The notes beneath the pieces were generated by a model. That model searched no databases. It saw only the letters and a program-made list of their open reading frames with translations, and was not told where the DNA came from. A stretch of 64,000 bases of DNA from Octopus vulgaris (Eukaryota): assembly GCA_951406725.2 (NCBI GenBank), contig OX597830.1, forward strand, positions 17,112,001 to 17,176,000, read 5' to 3'. Shown here piece after piece: positions 24,906 to 38,690 of this stretch. Each line of letters opens with the position of its first letter. Position 1 is the stretch's first letter. The position numbers were made by a program, and so were the translations under genes.

Positions 24906-27120
24906 GTGCCATTCCCTAGTCCTGTCATAAACAAGTTCTCTAGTGTCAGCACTCTGATAAATGTAACCAGTGCATTCTGTAAAGTGGCTTGTGGTATGAA
25001 AAAGATCCAGTTATGGAAAATACAAGTGGAACATGAGCTCCACATGCTGCATTGCAGGGTACCCATCTATGAAGGTAATGATTTCAAATAAAAATCACAC
25101 CTGCGTACTTTTGGTAGCACGTCAAAATATATATATATAGCCTACACAGTAGACATAACACTAAAGCAGATTGGTTTGGTCTGTTACTTGTGAGTGCAAG
25201 ATTATGTATATCCTAACGACCCAACCAACTCACGCCATTATGGAAATATGGATATAAAAACTAAAAGAAGCCCATCATGCGGTTCAGCAGAATAGACCAA
25301 CAGAATAAGTACCAGGCTTAAAAATATAAGTCTTAGGGTCAGTTTGTTCGACTGAAACCTTCAAATCAGTGCTGCAGCATGGCTAGTCAAATGAATGAAA
25401 CAAGATAAAAGATATATGTACACGTAAATGTTGAACAATGAGAACGCGGGCTCAACACCGCATTGGTGGATAAAATATTTTTATTCATGCATTGAGGTTA
25501 CCATTGGTTTCATGCTATGAAAAATATCTTAATATTTTAACAATTTTTCAAACCAATCACATAGAGGAATGAATGGTGTTCATCTCCAACCATAGGATTC
25601 TTGGTTTAGCCTCAGGTTAACTGATTACACCCCTTAAACCCTTTAGCATTTAAACCGGCCAGAAGTATTCTACCTGTTTTATGTTCAAACTGGCCAGATC
25701 TGGTCTCTCACACCAGCCCTACAATATCGATTAAAAAATTAACAGCTACCTCATCAAAATCTCATAGCTACAAGATAATGCCTGATTAGTTCAAGGCAAT
25801 GTGGATAAAAAAGGATTAATTTTGGCAGAATAATGCGAACACTAAAGGGTTAAAGCCTGTGCTCTATCATGGCAGCACAGTTAAACTCCTATCATATTTT
25901 GGGGGTCAAGGGAGCTTATGATATTTGTTATACAAGAGCATCTGAAACAGTGTTTCGAAATGTCTTTTTCTAATAATTTTATTTCAAACTGCCATCAATA
26001 TTATTGAAATTTATTTTCATCCTACCAATGTCCAAACTTATAACAATGTACAACTGTGTGTTGTGTCTTGGGAGAATTATTAAAGGGTAAAAACTCCCTT
26101 CAGTCATGAATGACCATGGGATTGCACCTAGAAAGTTTCCCCCTACCAAAGCACAAGTCTAGGCAAAGTTGTTTATGGAAGGCCAGCAGTCGCCCATGCA
26201 CACCAGCCTCCCCTCTCCATGCTACTGATGTTTCCCAAGGGAAAGGCAAAGGGGCCAATACAGCTTGGCACCAGTGACATTGCAACTCATTTCCTATAGC
26301 TGAGTGAACTGGAGCAATGTGAAATAAGTGTCTTGCTCAAGAACATAACACATGCACAGGTTCAATCCTACTTCTTTCTTGTTGGTCAAATAGTTAAATA
26401 TGTAACCAACTAACCAATCAATCATTTACTTAATGTGATCGTTAAACAGTCAAACCAGCACATTAAACAAACAATTGATTAGTTAGTTATTCTTTCACTT
26501 GTTTCAGTCATTTGACTGTGGCCATGCTGGAGCACTGCCTTTACTCAACCAAATCAACCCCAGGACTTATTCTTTGTAAGCCTAGTACTTATTCCATCGG
26601 TCTCTCTTTTGCGGAACCGCTAAGTTATGGGGACATAAACACACCAGCATCGGTTGTCAAGCAATGTGGGAGGGGGGGTGACAAACACAGACACACACAC
26701 ACATATATATATATATGCATGTACATATATATGATGGGCTTCTTCCAGTTTCCATCTACAAAATCCACTCACAAGGCTTTGGTCGGCCTGAGGCTATAGC
26801 AGAAGACACTTGCCCAAGGTGCCATGCAGTGGGGCTGAACCCAGAACCATGTGGTTGGTAAACAAAGCTACTTACTACACAACCCAGATAATTTTACCAA
26901 TTAACTAACAAGAAAGAAGAGGAACTGAACCTATGTGTGTATGTGTTATTATTATTGGTGTAATGACTCTCCCAAAACACAACAAAATTTGTTTCAACAC
27001 ACAATTCATATCAACAATCTTGCAAGCCAAATTCAAAAACAAAATATGACTATGTGGTTACAAAGTTCACTTTGCAACCATGTTGTTTTAATTTCTTTCT
27101 CAGAGCATGATACCCTGAGA

Positions 27121-27509
27121 TGGAAGCACTCCGTCGGTTACGACGACGAGGGTTCCGGTTGATCCGAATCAACGGAACAGCCTGCTCGTGAAATTAACGT
27201 GTAAGTGGCTGAGCACTCCACAGACACATGTACCCTTAACGTAGTTCTCGGGGATATTCAGCGTGACACAGAGAGAGTGACAAGGCCGGCCCCTTGAAAT
27301 ACAGGTACAACAGAAACAGGAAGTAAGAGTGAGAGAAAAAGTTGTGGTGAAAGAGTACAGCAGGGATCACCACCACCCCCTGCCGGAGCCTCGTGGAGCT
27401 TTAGGTGTTTTCGCTCAATAAACACTCACAACGCCCGGTCTGGGAATCGAAACCGCGATCCTATGACCGCGAGTCCGCTGCCCTAACAACTGGGCCATTG
27501 CGCCTCCAC
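27121..27509 (-). mobile_element. Young full-length tRNA-derived SINE, 12-bp TSD
   Basis: tRNA-like head GTGGAGGCGCAATGGCCCAGT.GTTAGGGCAGCGG...GGTTTCGATTCC; TSD GATACCCTGAGA at 27109-27120 and 27512-27523; nearly identical to 62544-62929. Confidence 0.9.
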
Positions 27510-27664
27510 TCGATACCCTGAGAAAGCATCATCGATGATAGATTCTAGTTGAGGAGGATACAGTCACTTAGATAGATCAGTTTTTGACTGGTACTTAATT
27601 TTAATGACACACGTGAGAATGCAAGTAGATAGGTTTAAAATGATAGGTTAAAAATGCACTTTAC

Positions 27665-27848
27665 CTCGTCTTGGCTTCTGAAAACTCTCGTGTAAATGAA
27701 AAATAACTTTATCAACAAAATGATGAATGGGACTGTCGTTCTGTCCTCGGACAAATACTGTCCAGTCATGAGTGAATCCATTCGGAGTAACTTTCTTCCG
27801 TAGACTGGCTTGGTGACCAATTTCAACCTTCACCTGGACTAAATTATT
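27665..27848 (-). CDS. MLLT1/MLLT3: ENL/AF9-family gene, exon 2 (N-terminal half of YEATS domain)
   Basis: Acceptor TTTTTCTAG|, donor G|GTAAAG, 184 nt (phase 0 to 1). Encodes [61 protein letters not shown], matching ENL/AF9 GFTHDWxVFVRG...FxLHxSFxxPRR. Confidence 0.95.
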
Positions 27849-28086
27849 CTAGAAAAACAAGAAAGAAAAAAAAAAGACATTTGTATAAGTATTAAATTTT
27901 GATCAGGTAAAGAAAGACAAGTGTCATTAATCAATAAGATTTTATGGCTAAAAACAGACATCTTAACAGTGGTGGGTTACAAAACCCAAGGCAACTCTAA
28001 AGTCAATACACAACCATATTTGTATTACATAAACTGGGTTTCTACCCGGGGAGCAGATGAATCTACAGTTCTGAATAAATGCTAAA

Positions 28087-28451
28087 TCTCTCTATATATA
28101 AATGGCAAAATGTCGGTGTGTGTGTCCTTTATACGAATCCACAATTTTTCAGTTAGAGGGCTCACACTTTCTATGGTCATTCAAAACCGTCCAAGGGTGG
28201 TCATGCACATCTTTACATTTCCCCAGTCACCCAACAAAGCCATTAAAAAAATCAATAGAAGTGACTTTTTTGTGAATTTTCTATCCAAAATCCAATCAAA
28301 ATGCCCGAAACTTGATACGCCAATTGAATGCCAGCTAGCTGTATGTGATTGGTCGGAGATTTGGACAGTACTCGCATGTATGTGTGCACGCACGCAGCTG
28401 TATATACATGCACTAGCACTATGACCCGGCATTGCTGGGTCATAGTGCTAG
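28087..28451 (+). mobile_element. Non-autonomous Helitron
   Basis: A|TCTCTCTATATATAAA 5' end, terminal hairpin at 28412-28452, CTAG|T 3' end, no TSD. Confidence 0.8.
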
Positions 28452-30799
28452 TCTTATATAAAAGTGAATGTATCATATGTCCAAGTTGTAGGCCATTGCT
28501 GTGCCCCACAGTGACACAGTTTTTGCATTGAGACACATGTTTTTAAGGAGTGGGTCATCGACAAATGTAACTTTTACTAATCTCTGTGATAAACACAAGC
28601 AATTAGTTGATTATATGAAGACTTCATAAATCATCATAATTTCACATCCATTTTCGATGCCAGTATAGGTTGAACGGTTTGGTAGAATTCAGCAAGCTGC
28701 TGAGCTGAGTTCCGGTGTCAGTTTTGGCAGGGCTTCTATGACTGGGCACTCTTCCTAACACCAACCAATTTACAGTATGCATTAAGTGCTTTTTTTTTTT
28801 TTTCATGCCACCAGCATCAGTGCTGTTGCCAGATAATTTGCAAGACAGAAGAAGAACAAGGAAGAAAGGAAAGGAAAAACACAGCGGAATAAATTGTTTT
28901 ACATTAAGGAAGAAGAGAAGTCTAAGAGGAGAACTTTGAGATAGAAATCTTCAGGGAGAGGAAAAAATATTTATTAAAGTTGCAAGATAAAAAATAGGGT
29001 AAACATTTCCTTCATCAGTGAAGAAGACTACCTGAAATGCTAAACTTTTCTTCTACATGGCATAAAATTAGTTCCACTCTCAGATATCTGTTTTACTATT
29101 TGCCAACACTGAATATCTTTGAATTCTACTGTTTTGTTATTATTATTATTGTGGCACGTAAAAAGCACCATCCGAATCGTGGCCGATGCCAGTGCCGCCT
29201 CAACTGGCTTCCGTGCCGGTGGCACGTAAAATGCACCAATCCGACCGTGGCCGTTGCCAGCCTCGCCTGGCACCTGTGCAGGTGGCACGTAAAAAGCACC
29301 CACTACACTCACGGAGTGGTTGGCGTTAGGAAGGGCATCCAGCTGTAGAAACACTGCTGGATCAGACTGGAGCCTGGTGCCGCCTTCTGGTTTCCCAGAT
29401 CCCCGGTCGAGCCATCCAACCGATGCTAGCATGGAAAGTGGACGTTAAACAATGATGATGATGATGATTATTATTATTAAGGTGGTGAGCTGGCAAAATT
29501 CTTAGCATGCTGGACAAAATGCTGCTAAGCATTTCGTCTGTCTTTACATTCTTAGTTCAAATTCTGCTGAGGTCAACTTTACCTTTCATCCTTTCGGGGT
29601 TGATAAATTAGGTACCAGTGAAACACTGGGGTTGATGTAATCGACTAGTCCCACTCCCCATAAATTTCAGGTCTTGTGCTTTCTGTAGAAAGGATTACTG
29701 TTATTATTATTATTTAGTTAAAACAGGAGGCGGACCAGTGTCTATAGGACCCTTCAGGCTATCCTGGATTAACAAAAAGGATTAGTTTGCTGAGGCTGAA
29801 AACAGCCGATGCTCAAAACACTGGGGGAGAAAATGAGAGTAAGGAAATTGGTGTTGTTTAGCCATGGGTCAACTTTCAACAAACAGATCTATGAAAAAAA
29901 GCATTTCAGCCATGACCACCACTTTATTTTCAGACAAGACAGTGAACCCAGAACTGCAATAAAGCTGTAGGGTTAGATTTGAGGGAAATTTAACTGATAT
30001 TTCTACCAGGTTAAGCAATCACACAGAGGTTCCTTGTTCATTCAACGGAATGGTGGAATTGCTGTTTAATCCCAGGTCAACTCTGATCAAAGGTATTCCT
30101 AGCCATGACTATCTTGTCATTTTTTTTTTGTATATCAAGAAATACAACAGTCAATGTGTCTTTTTTATTTAGGTAGCTAGATGTGATTTGAAGGAGCTTG
30201 AACTTGGCTGTCATTTCAAGTGGGTCAAGCAACCACATAGTCAGGTATCAGCAACAAGCAATATATGCTATTAGATATAATATAGAATAATTTGTCTAGA
30301 TACTTATTGACATTTTTGTAACAAACAGTGAAGACTTATGGCATTCAGGAGAAATTGGTTATTCTGTCACTTAGTGGGCAATTTTAGTGTGCACATACAC
30401 CACAACCTATCCTTTAACATTTTGTGAATCTAACAGGTACATTATTTACATGGCCTTTCTTTTCAATATTTAGAGAGAAAAAGGCATATTATTCACTGAA
30501 ATGTGAGCCATACATATTTTGCATGTTACACTTTTAACAGCTCATCCTTTCAACAGGAGCCCACCTATTTTTATATGATAGTAAATTAGCAAAGTTATTT
30601 GGGAGTTGACATGCAGTAATTTGTTCTGCAAATTTGCACTCTGACTTCAAATGCCACTGAAGTCAACTTTGCTTTTCATCTTTCTAGGAACAATAAAAAT
30701 GTGCCAATCCAAGGCTGTGGATTGACAGAACTGATAGAATGTCAGGTAGGATATCTTGCAGTGTCTGTTCCAGCTTTTTGCCTTCTGACAGTAATACCT

Positions 30800-31113
30800 G
30801 TTTTTGTTTGTTGCTTGTTCCTTCTCGAGCCATGCCTGGCTCATAAGGGCCGGTTTCCCCGGTTTCTTGGCATATAGGTTCCCCACCTGGACGGGATGCC
30901 AGTCCATCGCAGGTGAGCTGCAAGATGCAGGAGGAAAGAGTGAGAGAAAGTTGAGGCGAAAGAGTCAGCAGAAGTTCGCCATTACCTTCTACCGGAGCTG
31001 TGTGGAGTTTAGGTGTTTCACTCATAAACACACACATCATCCAGTCTGAGATTCAAACCCGAGATCCCTCGACCACGAGTCCGCTGCTCTAACCACTAGG
31101 CCATGTGCCTCCA
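30800..31113 (-). mobile_element. tRNA-derived SINE with V-domain-like core; second copy at ~42262-42560
   Basis: Head related to the 27121 family, followed by CTGCGATGGACTGGCATCCCGTCCAGG...AAGAAACCGGG and a (CAAA)n tail. Confidence 0.75.
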
Positions 31114-31627
31114 TGGTAATACCTGTGATGAGACCTGTACAAAGGTGTACCAGACCAAATGCAGAGCTGTCTTTCCTTTAGATATCATGTCATGGAAAGA
31201 ATACCAAAATTAACTGAAACAGTATATTTCATTAGAAACATGACTAAGAGGGTTAACCTTTTAGCATTTAAGCTAGCCATATCTGGCGCATATATTCTAC
31301 TTGATTTATATTCAAATCAGCCAGATCTGGCCTCTTGCACCAACCCTATAATGTCATTTTAAAATTATACAATCATGTAATCAAAATCTCAAAGCTACAA
31401 CAAAATGCAGGATTAATTCAAAACAATATTGTTTTTACTTGTTTCGGTCATTAGACTGCAGCCATGTGAGGAATACCACCTTGTAAGGTTTTAGTCAAAG
31501 AAATCAACCCCAGGACTTATTCTTTGTAAGCCTAGTACTTATTCTATTGGTCCCTTTTGCTGAACCGCTAAGTTACAGGGACATAAACACACACACACAT
31601 AAATACATTATGTGTATGTGTATATAA

Positions 31628-31669
<42 letters not shown>

Positions 31670-33599
31670 ATACAACAGGCTTCTTTCAGTTTCCCTCTAC
31701 CTAACCCACTCACAAGCCTTTGGTTGGCCCGAGGCTATAGTAGAAGACACTTGCCCAAAGTACCACACAGTGGGACTGAACCCAGAACCATGTGGTTGGA
31801 AAGCTAGCTTCTTACCACACATCCATATCTGTACCTAAGTATTTCAGTCATGACAACACTTTATTTTTGGACAAAACAATGAACCCAGGAATGCATTATT
31901 TAACTTTTTTATTACCGTATTTATTTTGAGATGCTCTGTGTTTCTTTCAGTTATTTTAAATATAACAAAGAATTTAGTAAAATCACTTAGTTATCCACAT
32001 CACATCTACAAAATGATTGACTTACAAGCTAGCTTAATACCACCTGCTTATTGCAAAACATAATGTGTTTGTAACTTCTGTGTAAGATTTCCATTCTTAA
32101 CTATGACCGTCCTGTCTCTTTACAGATGTGTAGAACTGCATTAGCTAATGTGTTCTGGCAGTGCCACGTAAAAAGCAACCAGCACACATTGTAAAGTGGT
32201 TGGTGTTATGAAGGGCATTCAACCGTAGAAACCATGCCAAATCAGACTGGGAGTCTGGTGCAACTCCCCAGTTTGCCAGCTCTGGTCAAACCGTCCATCC
32301 CATGTCAGCAAGGACAAAGGACATTAAATGATGATGATGAACTTACACAGACATCCGCATTAAAATTTACTCTCTAAAATACAACAGGTACTACTACTTC
32401 AAAGACTCCACTTACATAATAAACAAACCGATGCCTTCCATATATTTCTTTGTGAAGCTTTTGATAATTTGATTTGTTTTTTTTGCTTTTAATACTTTGT
32501 ATGTCAGTACTTTCTTTGAATAGAAGTTTCTTGAACATTAACAAATAAATACTATTGAGAGAGAGAGAGAGAGAGAGAAAGAACAGTGGTTATGTAAGTG
32601 AGAAAATACATCAATATCATATTTTCTTCTTTTCTATGAAGGAGAACAAAAGAGAAGATTGATTTGTTACAGACACAAGGTTTTGGATTTACAGAGGAGA
32701 AAGTAGTGTGAGAAATTACTCTTTGTAGTACTTCTGCTTTATTAGTGACAGAAGTAAAGGTTTATAGCAACTGGAAATAAGATTAGTTTGAAGAGAGAGC
32801 TAACGAACAACCTAAATTTGTGTGCTCATTATCTCTTTAGCATTCAGATTACTCTATCACATGTAATACTTAATCATACATTATCTCAGAGCTTCAAGAC
32901 TTTGATTATGTGATTGTTTATTTTTAGAGTGATATTGTAAAGTAGGTGTGAGAGGCTGGATCTGACCAGTTTGAACATACAACAAGTAGAATATTTGGGC
33001 CAGATATTTTTGGTTTAAATGCTGAAGTGTATTACTACTTAACCTGACATACATATGTATATCAATGATAACACATACAAACCTCAAGCCAATGACACTT
33101 GGTCTGCATAAAATAGCAACCGAGTCTCCATCAAATTAAACCCTTTAGAAAAAAAAAGTGGGGGAGGAGAGATACGGGATGTCATTCAAGGAACACTGTG
33201 GTTACAAAAAGTTGGGATAGGCATGTCTAAAATGCCATTGTTCATAAGCCTGCTTGATCAGAGCTAACAAGGAAGTGATGTGATTGTCTGACCTGCTAGA
33301 AATAGCAGCCTAATCTCATTTATGAGCCTGTTGCTAAATACTTTGTGAAATTTGATATTTATAATGACTAACATGAAGCTATGTGGATTCACTGTAAGAA
33401 ACTTGGATTGGTAACAATTAAGTTATCAATAAAGTAAAATAACTTATGAACAGATGTACACTAATATGTATTTGAGGTTTTGGTTCCAAATCCTAAACTA
33501 GTTTCTCCAACATGATACTCACTTAAGCTCTAAATTAACCACACCATTCTCATGGAAACCATGCATTAAATGAACCACTCACTCAAGCTCTATATAAAC

Positions 33600-34600
33600 C
33601 TGGCATGGGCAGCCTTTTTCCATGTGCAGGCCAGAGCCCTAATTATAGACTTACAAAATATGTATACAAGTGCTTATACAAGTATTTGTTTTATAATATA
33701 AAACGGATATTAAAATAAGGGTAAGAACAAAACAATTTATTAATATAAAACAAATGTAGTTGAATCAGTAAAATTATTCATTCTCATAGGGAGAAAATAG
33801 CCATGAAACATTATTCTACTGGGATGTTTGCGGTTGATGTTTCTTCATCAACATCTTGATGTTGGAAGACATGCTAGAGGTGGCTATTCTCAAGTTATTT
33901 TCAAGATGATTATCAGTTATTCTTGATCTTGCTTTGGATTTAGTAGGTTTTATTTTTGAGAATAGCTGCTCACATTTATTTGTGCTCCCAAAGAGCGACA
34001 TGTTCTTTCTAGTAAAATCCATGACCAAGGGGAAATTTTCTCTAGGCTGGCTTTTATAAAACTCTATTAGTGAACGACCTCTCATTTCCCTGTTTTAAAT
34101 CTTCATTCCCTTGGAGTTCAATTAATTCCATCTGAAATTCCTTGGGAGCCTGGTTAATATTGATATCAAAAGGCGAAGAAAATATACATAGATTTGTTTC
34201 TTGCGATCTGAAATCTTGAAATTTATTATTGAATTTTTCATTGATCAATTTTACCTCATCTGCATAAGTACAATCGATTTTGCCATGAATTACCAATGTT
34301 CCCACAAATGCATTTTGTTTTGAAATGCTTTGATATGACTGTACAACCGATGAATGAATTGGCCTTCCCCTTACAATTTCAAATTAAGGCCATTAAGATA
34401 TGAAATAAAGTCAACAAGAAAAGCAAGATCACATATCCAGCCATCATCATTCAATTCGGGCCTAGACTTTCCATGAATGTAAAAATTTCACTCCTCAGAT
34501 CATAAAATCATTTCAACATTTTTACATGCACACATTCGTATACACGCTTGAAGATACAAAAAGTGGCATTGGTTGTTCACTGTCACAGAGATTTATGAAA
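33600..34600 (-). pseudogene. hAT (Buster/SPIN/GTF2IRD2-like) transposase 3' relic
   Basis: Frameshifted ORFs encode FSSPFDI...FQMELIELQ and SLFGSTNKCEQLFS...KSKARSRITDNHLENNLRIATS; TIR-like CTGGCATGGGCAGCC at ~33600. Confidence 0.85.
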
Positions 34601-34954
34601 CGAGCTTTTTAATTAGAACCTAATTAACAAATCTAATTACGTTCTAGATACTGTAATGAGTTTATTAATTCCACACATATTTTGAATTTTAATTTACTGA
34701 AAGCTTTCTGTATATGTATACTTCTAATGTTGCTTGAGTGAGTATGGTGTAGTCATATAGAGCTTGAATGAGCTTGGTATGGTTTATATCAGGCATAGGC
34801 AACCTGCGGCCCTTAGGCCAGATCTGGCCCAAGGAGACCTGTAGCAGTATGGTCGTGAAGTGGTTAATTTTCAAGTCTGGCTGACTCATAGAGTAAATAG
34901 GCAAAAAGGAAACAAACTTTTGTGGAATGCACTTCAGCAAAAATTCTAGGAATG

Positions 34955-35143
34955 GTGAAAGGACTAAATTTGTAGAATCAAAATAGAGAAAGTGAAACTC
35001 ATGTGAAAGGACTAAATTTGTAGAATCAAATTAGAGAAAGTGAAACTCATGTGAAAGGACTAAATTTGTAGAATCAAATTAGAGAAAGTGAAACTCATGT
35101 GAAAGGACTAAGTTTGTAGAATCAAAATAAAGTGAAAATCATG
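34955..35143. repeat. 48-bp tandem repeat x4
   Basis: GTGAAAGGACTAAATTTGTAGAATCAAA.TAGAGAAAGTGAAACTCAT starts at 34955, 35003, 35051 and 35099 (last copy degenerate). Confidence 0.95.
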
Positions 35144-35517
35144 TTTTCCTGAAAAACAAGAAGGAAACATCGGTGATAAAATGAAATTAATCGTAAGCCC
35201 TTACTAGTCAGTGAGTAGCTGTCGTTCAATCCGTAAGGTTATCTCTTGACACTAGCAAATGGTCAACATGTCATTCATGCACTCGCTCAAATTTATACTC
35301 TTTCTCATACCTTGTTTTGCTCTCAAAGTAGCTTCTGCACCAACACACACATTGATATTTACACATGTACACACACAGGCACGTAAATGTATAATAGATC
35401 TTGTGTTGCAAATTGAGCTTCTTAAGCACACGGCCATGCTTGTACCTATATTTCTGGACCGTACTTGTGATTTGGGAACTCAGCCTTGTGTAACACAGAT
35501 CCTGCTTTATTATTACA

Positions 35518-35878
35518 CTAGCACTATGACCCGGCAACGCCAGGTCATGGTGCTAGTGCATGCATATACAGCAGCGTGCGTACATACACGCGAGTACTGT
35601 CCAAATCTCCGACCCATCACATACAGCTAGCTGGCATTCAATTAGCGTATCAAGTTTCGGGCATTTTGATTGGGTTTTGGATAGAAAATTCGCAAAAGAG
35701 TCACTTGATTTTTTAATGGCTTTGCAGGGTGACTGGGGAAATGTAAAGATGTGCACGACCACCCTTGGATGGTTTTGAATGACCATAGAAAGTGTGAGCC
35801 CTCTAACTGAAAATTTGTGGATTTGTATAAAGGACACACACATACACACACACATTTTGCCGTTTATATATAGAGAGA
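35518..35878 (-). mobile_element. Second copy of the non-autonomous Helitron, inverted
   Basis: Reverse complement of 28087-28451 with the same termini and hairpin. Confidence 0.8.
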
Positions 35879-36834
35879 TAGAGATTAAGAGTACCAGTGT
35901 CCATAGATTGATTACCCAGCTGCTTAAACTATATTTTCACAACTAGGTGATTCTATTGATCAAAACAAACACAAGATCCATTACACATTTATGTGTGTCT
36001 GTGTGTGTGTGTGTTTGTGCTGGTGTAGAAGCTACTTTGAGAGCAAAACAAGTTATGAGAATGAGTACATATCAAGTGTTCCATTGCACTGCTGAGGGTA
36101 TCATCTCTAAGAGAGTGTGTGTGTGCGTGCCTGTGAAAGACAAGTGATGATCCAGGTGAGCAACAGAAAACAAGTCAACAGATTCACCCTGCTACACTAC
36201 ATAAAGGGCTTGCAGATGTTTGTTGTTTAAAATATCTTTTTCTGTGTGCATGTGTGTATGCATACATGTGTATACAATGTGTTTGATGCATGGAATATAT
36301 ATATCTGCATTTATACAAACAAGTATGAGTTATGCATGTGTGTGTGTATGTTTCTAGATAACGGAAATATGAGCATTTGGAATTCATTAGTCAGAATAAA
36401 TAAATAAACTGCTAATGACAAAAGCACAAACTTTCTCAGCCAAGTGTATTTTGAGTTAATCCTTCAGAATTCAGATTACTTTGTCAAATGTGATAATTAT
36501 TCACATTATTTATCTTGAAGGGTAGGTGTAAGAGGCTGGATCTGGCTGGTTTGAATATACAACAGGCAAAATAATTGGGTCTAATATGACCAGTTTAAAT
36601 GCTAAAGGATTAATGGAAACTTACTGAACCAGACATCTTTGCAAAAACTAAATATAAACACAGACATGGCTGTGTGGTAAGAAGCTTGCTTCTCAACCAG
36701 GTTGTTCTGGGTTCGGTCCCACTCTGTGGTACCTTGGGCAAGTGTCTTCCCCTATAGCTTCAGGCCAACCAAAGCTTTGTGAGTGAATATGGTAGAAAGA
36801 ACCTGAAAGAAGCCCATCATATATATATATCAAT

Positions 36835-37290
36835 CTACATGAGGTGGCTGGGGCATGTCAGGAAATTGGATGACCATCGAATCCTGAAGCAACTGCTCTT
36901 TGGAGAACTGGCCCAGAGCAAGAGACCAAGAGGGAGAACAAAACTGAGGTATAAGGACACTTGCAAAACTAGTTTGTCCATTTGTGAGGTGAATGTCAGC
37001 ACCTGGGAAGAGAGGGCTGAGGACAGAACAACATGGAGAACTGTGATGAAGGAAGGAACTGCTTCACTAGGGAGCAGCTACAGATACAAACAAGTTGAGA
37101 AGCGTCAGAGGCAAAAGGAACACAACAGAAATGCAGAGCGCCCAGCCAGCCTCTTCGTATGCAAGTACTGTGACAGAATCTGCGCTTCAATCACAAGAGG
37201 ACAACCATGAAAGAAGCTGCAAGAAGGGGAGCCCCTGATATGTTCGATTAAGCTAAATTGACCGTCTGCATAGACAAAGAGGGCCAGTTA
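36835..37290 (+). mobile_element. RTE-clade LINE 3' end inserted in the TA tract of a SINE
   Basis: MRWLGHVRKLDDHRILKQLLFGEL...RPRGRTKLRYKD...WEERAEDRTTWR...CKYCDRIC (C-terminal Zn knuckle). Confidence 0.85.
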
Positions 37291-38146
37291 TATACATGCG
37301 TGTGTGCGTGTGTCTTTGTCCCCCACCACTGCTTGACAACTGGTGTTGATGTTTATGCCCCCATAACTTAGCAGTTTGACAAAGGGGGCCAATAGAATAA
37401 GTACCAATCTTAAAAAAAAAAATTAAGTACCGAGGTCAAAAGACTCGAAATTCTTCAAGGCAGTGGTCCAGCATAGCTACAGCCTAATGACAAACAAGTA
37501 AACAATAAAAGAAAAATACCACTGACCACTCTTTTGAATTACAAAAAAAAAAATTTTTAATCTACAGAACCCTATCATGTCAGAGGAGCTTTGTGAAAGG
37601 CATAGACTTTTTAAATTACTGGCAATTTAGCCAGATGCAATGTTGGATTTTGTGAAGCGGCTGACCTTATTCATGGACACAGACCAAATAGAGAAAGTAG
37701 ATGGGCAGTTTGAAATTTGACAGCTGTGTTAAGAAAATGGAAGATGTTGATGAGTGGATGTGTGTGTTTATGTAGACCTTTTACTTATTTCAGTTACTGG
37801 ACTGTGACCATGTTGGGATACTACCTTCAAGGGTTTGGTTCAACCAATCAACCCCAATACTTCAGTTTAAATCTGGTACTTATTCTATTGTTGTCTTTGG
37901 CCAAGCTGCTAAGTTATGGGAACATAAGCAAACTAACAACGGTTGTCAAGCAGTGGAGAGGAACAAACACAAAAACATACACATGCATGTACGTGCGTGA
38001 CAGGCTTCCACAATTCCTGTCAAACCAAATTTACTCACAAGACATTGGTTGATCTGGGGCTATAAGAGGAAGTGCCACACAGTGGGATCAAACCTAAAAC
38101 TACACGGGTGCAAAGCAAGCTTCTTAACCACACAGCAATGTCTGTC

Positions 38147-38188
<42 letters not shown>

Positions 38189-38191
<3 letters not shown>

Positions 38192-38690
38192 CACCTTGAC
38201 TGACCAGTCCATCAGGCGTCCATTTGACACTGCTGGTCACAGCACGCTGTCCACTCCTCTCTGGATCGTATATATATATAGATAGTATATATATAGAGAG
38301 AGATATATATATATACACACACACACATAGATAGAACAAACAAGAGAAATAGATCTCAAAGAGTATATACCTCTCTGGATCGCGTCTTTCTCATCAACGT
38401 GATCCCAATCGCTCTCCTGAAACCGTAACTCCACCGTCATGGAGGCCTTCCGAGTGGTTATTTCTGCTTGCGCAGTCATGCGGGTACCACTCGGCAACTG
38501 TGCGTGTCCACTGATTATCGGTTATATGTTATATGGTAGTGAAACATGGGCTACAACAAAGAGAGAAGAACAGAGATTGGTAATGGCTCAAAGAGCCATG
38601 GAGAGGTCGATGCTTGGAATCTCATTGAGAGAGCACATCAGTAGCGAGGTCATCAGAGAGAAGTCCGGCGTGAGAGATGTCATCGTAGAA
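38189..38690. mobile_element. 5'-inverted RTE LINE fragment
   Basis: Minus 38189-38520 encodes DNQWTRTVAEWYP...PLGRPP*RW; plus 38521-38690 encodes the upstream part YGSETWATTKREEQRLVMAQRAMERSMLG. A filler is flanked by duplicated CCTCTCTGGATCG. Confidence 0.75.

Noticed and set aside
34955-35143. Regular repeats superficially like a CRISPR array
   Set aside because: Head-to-tail units with no unique spacers, no cas genes, eukaryotic context.
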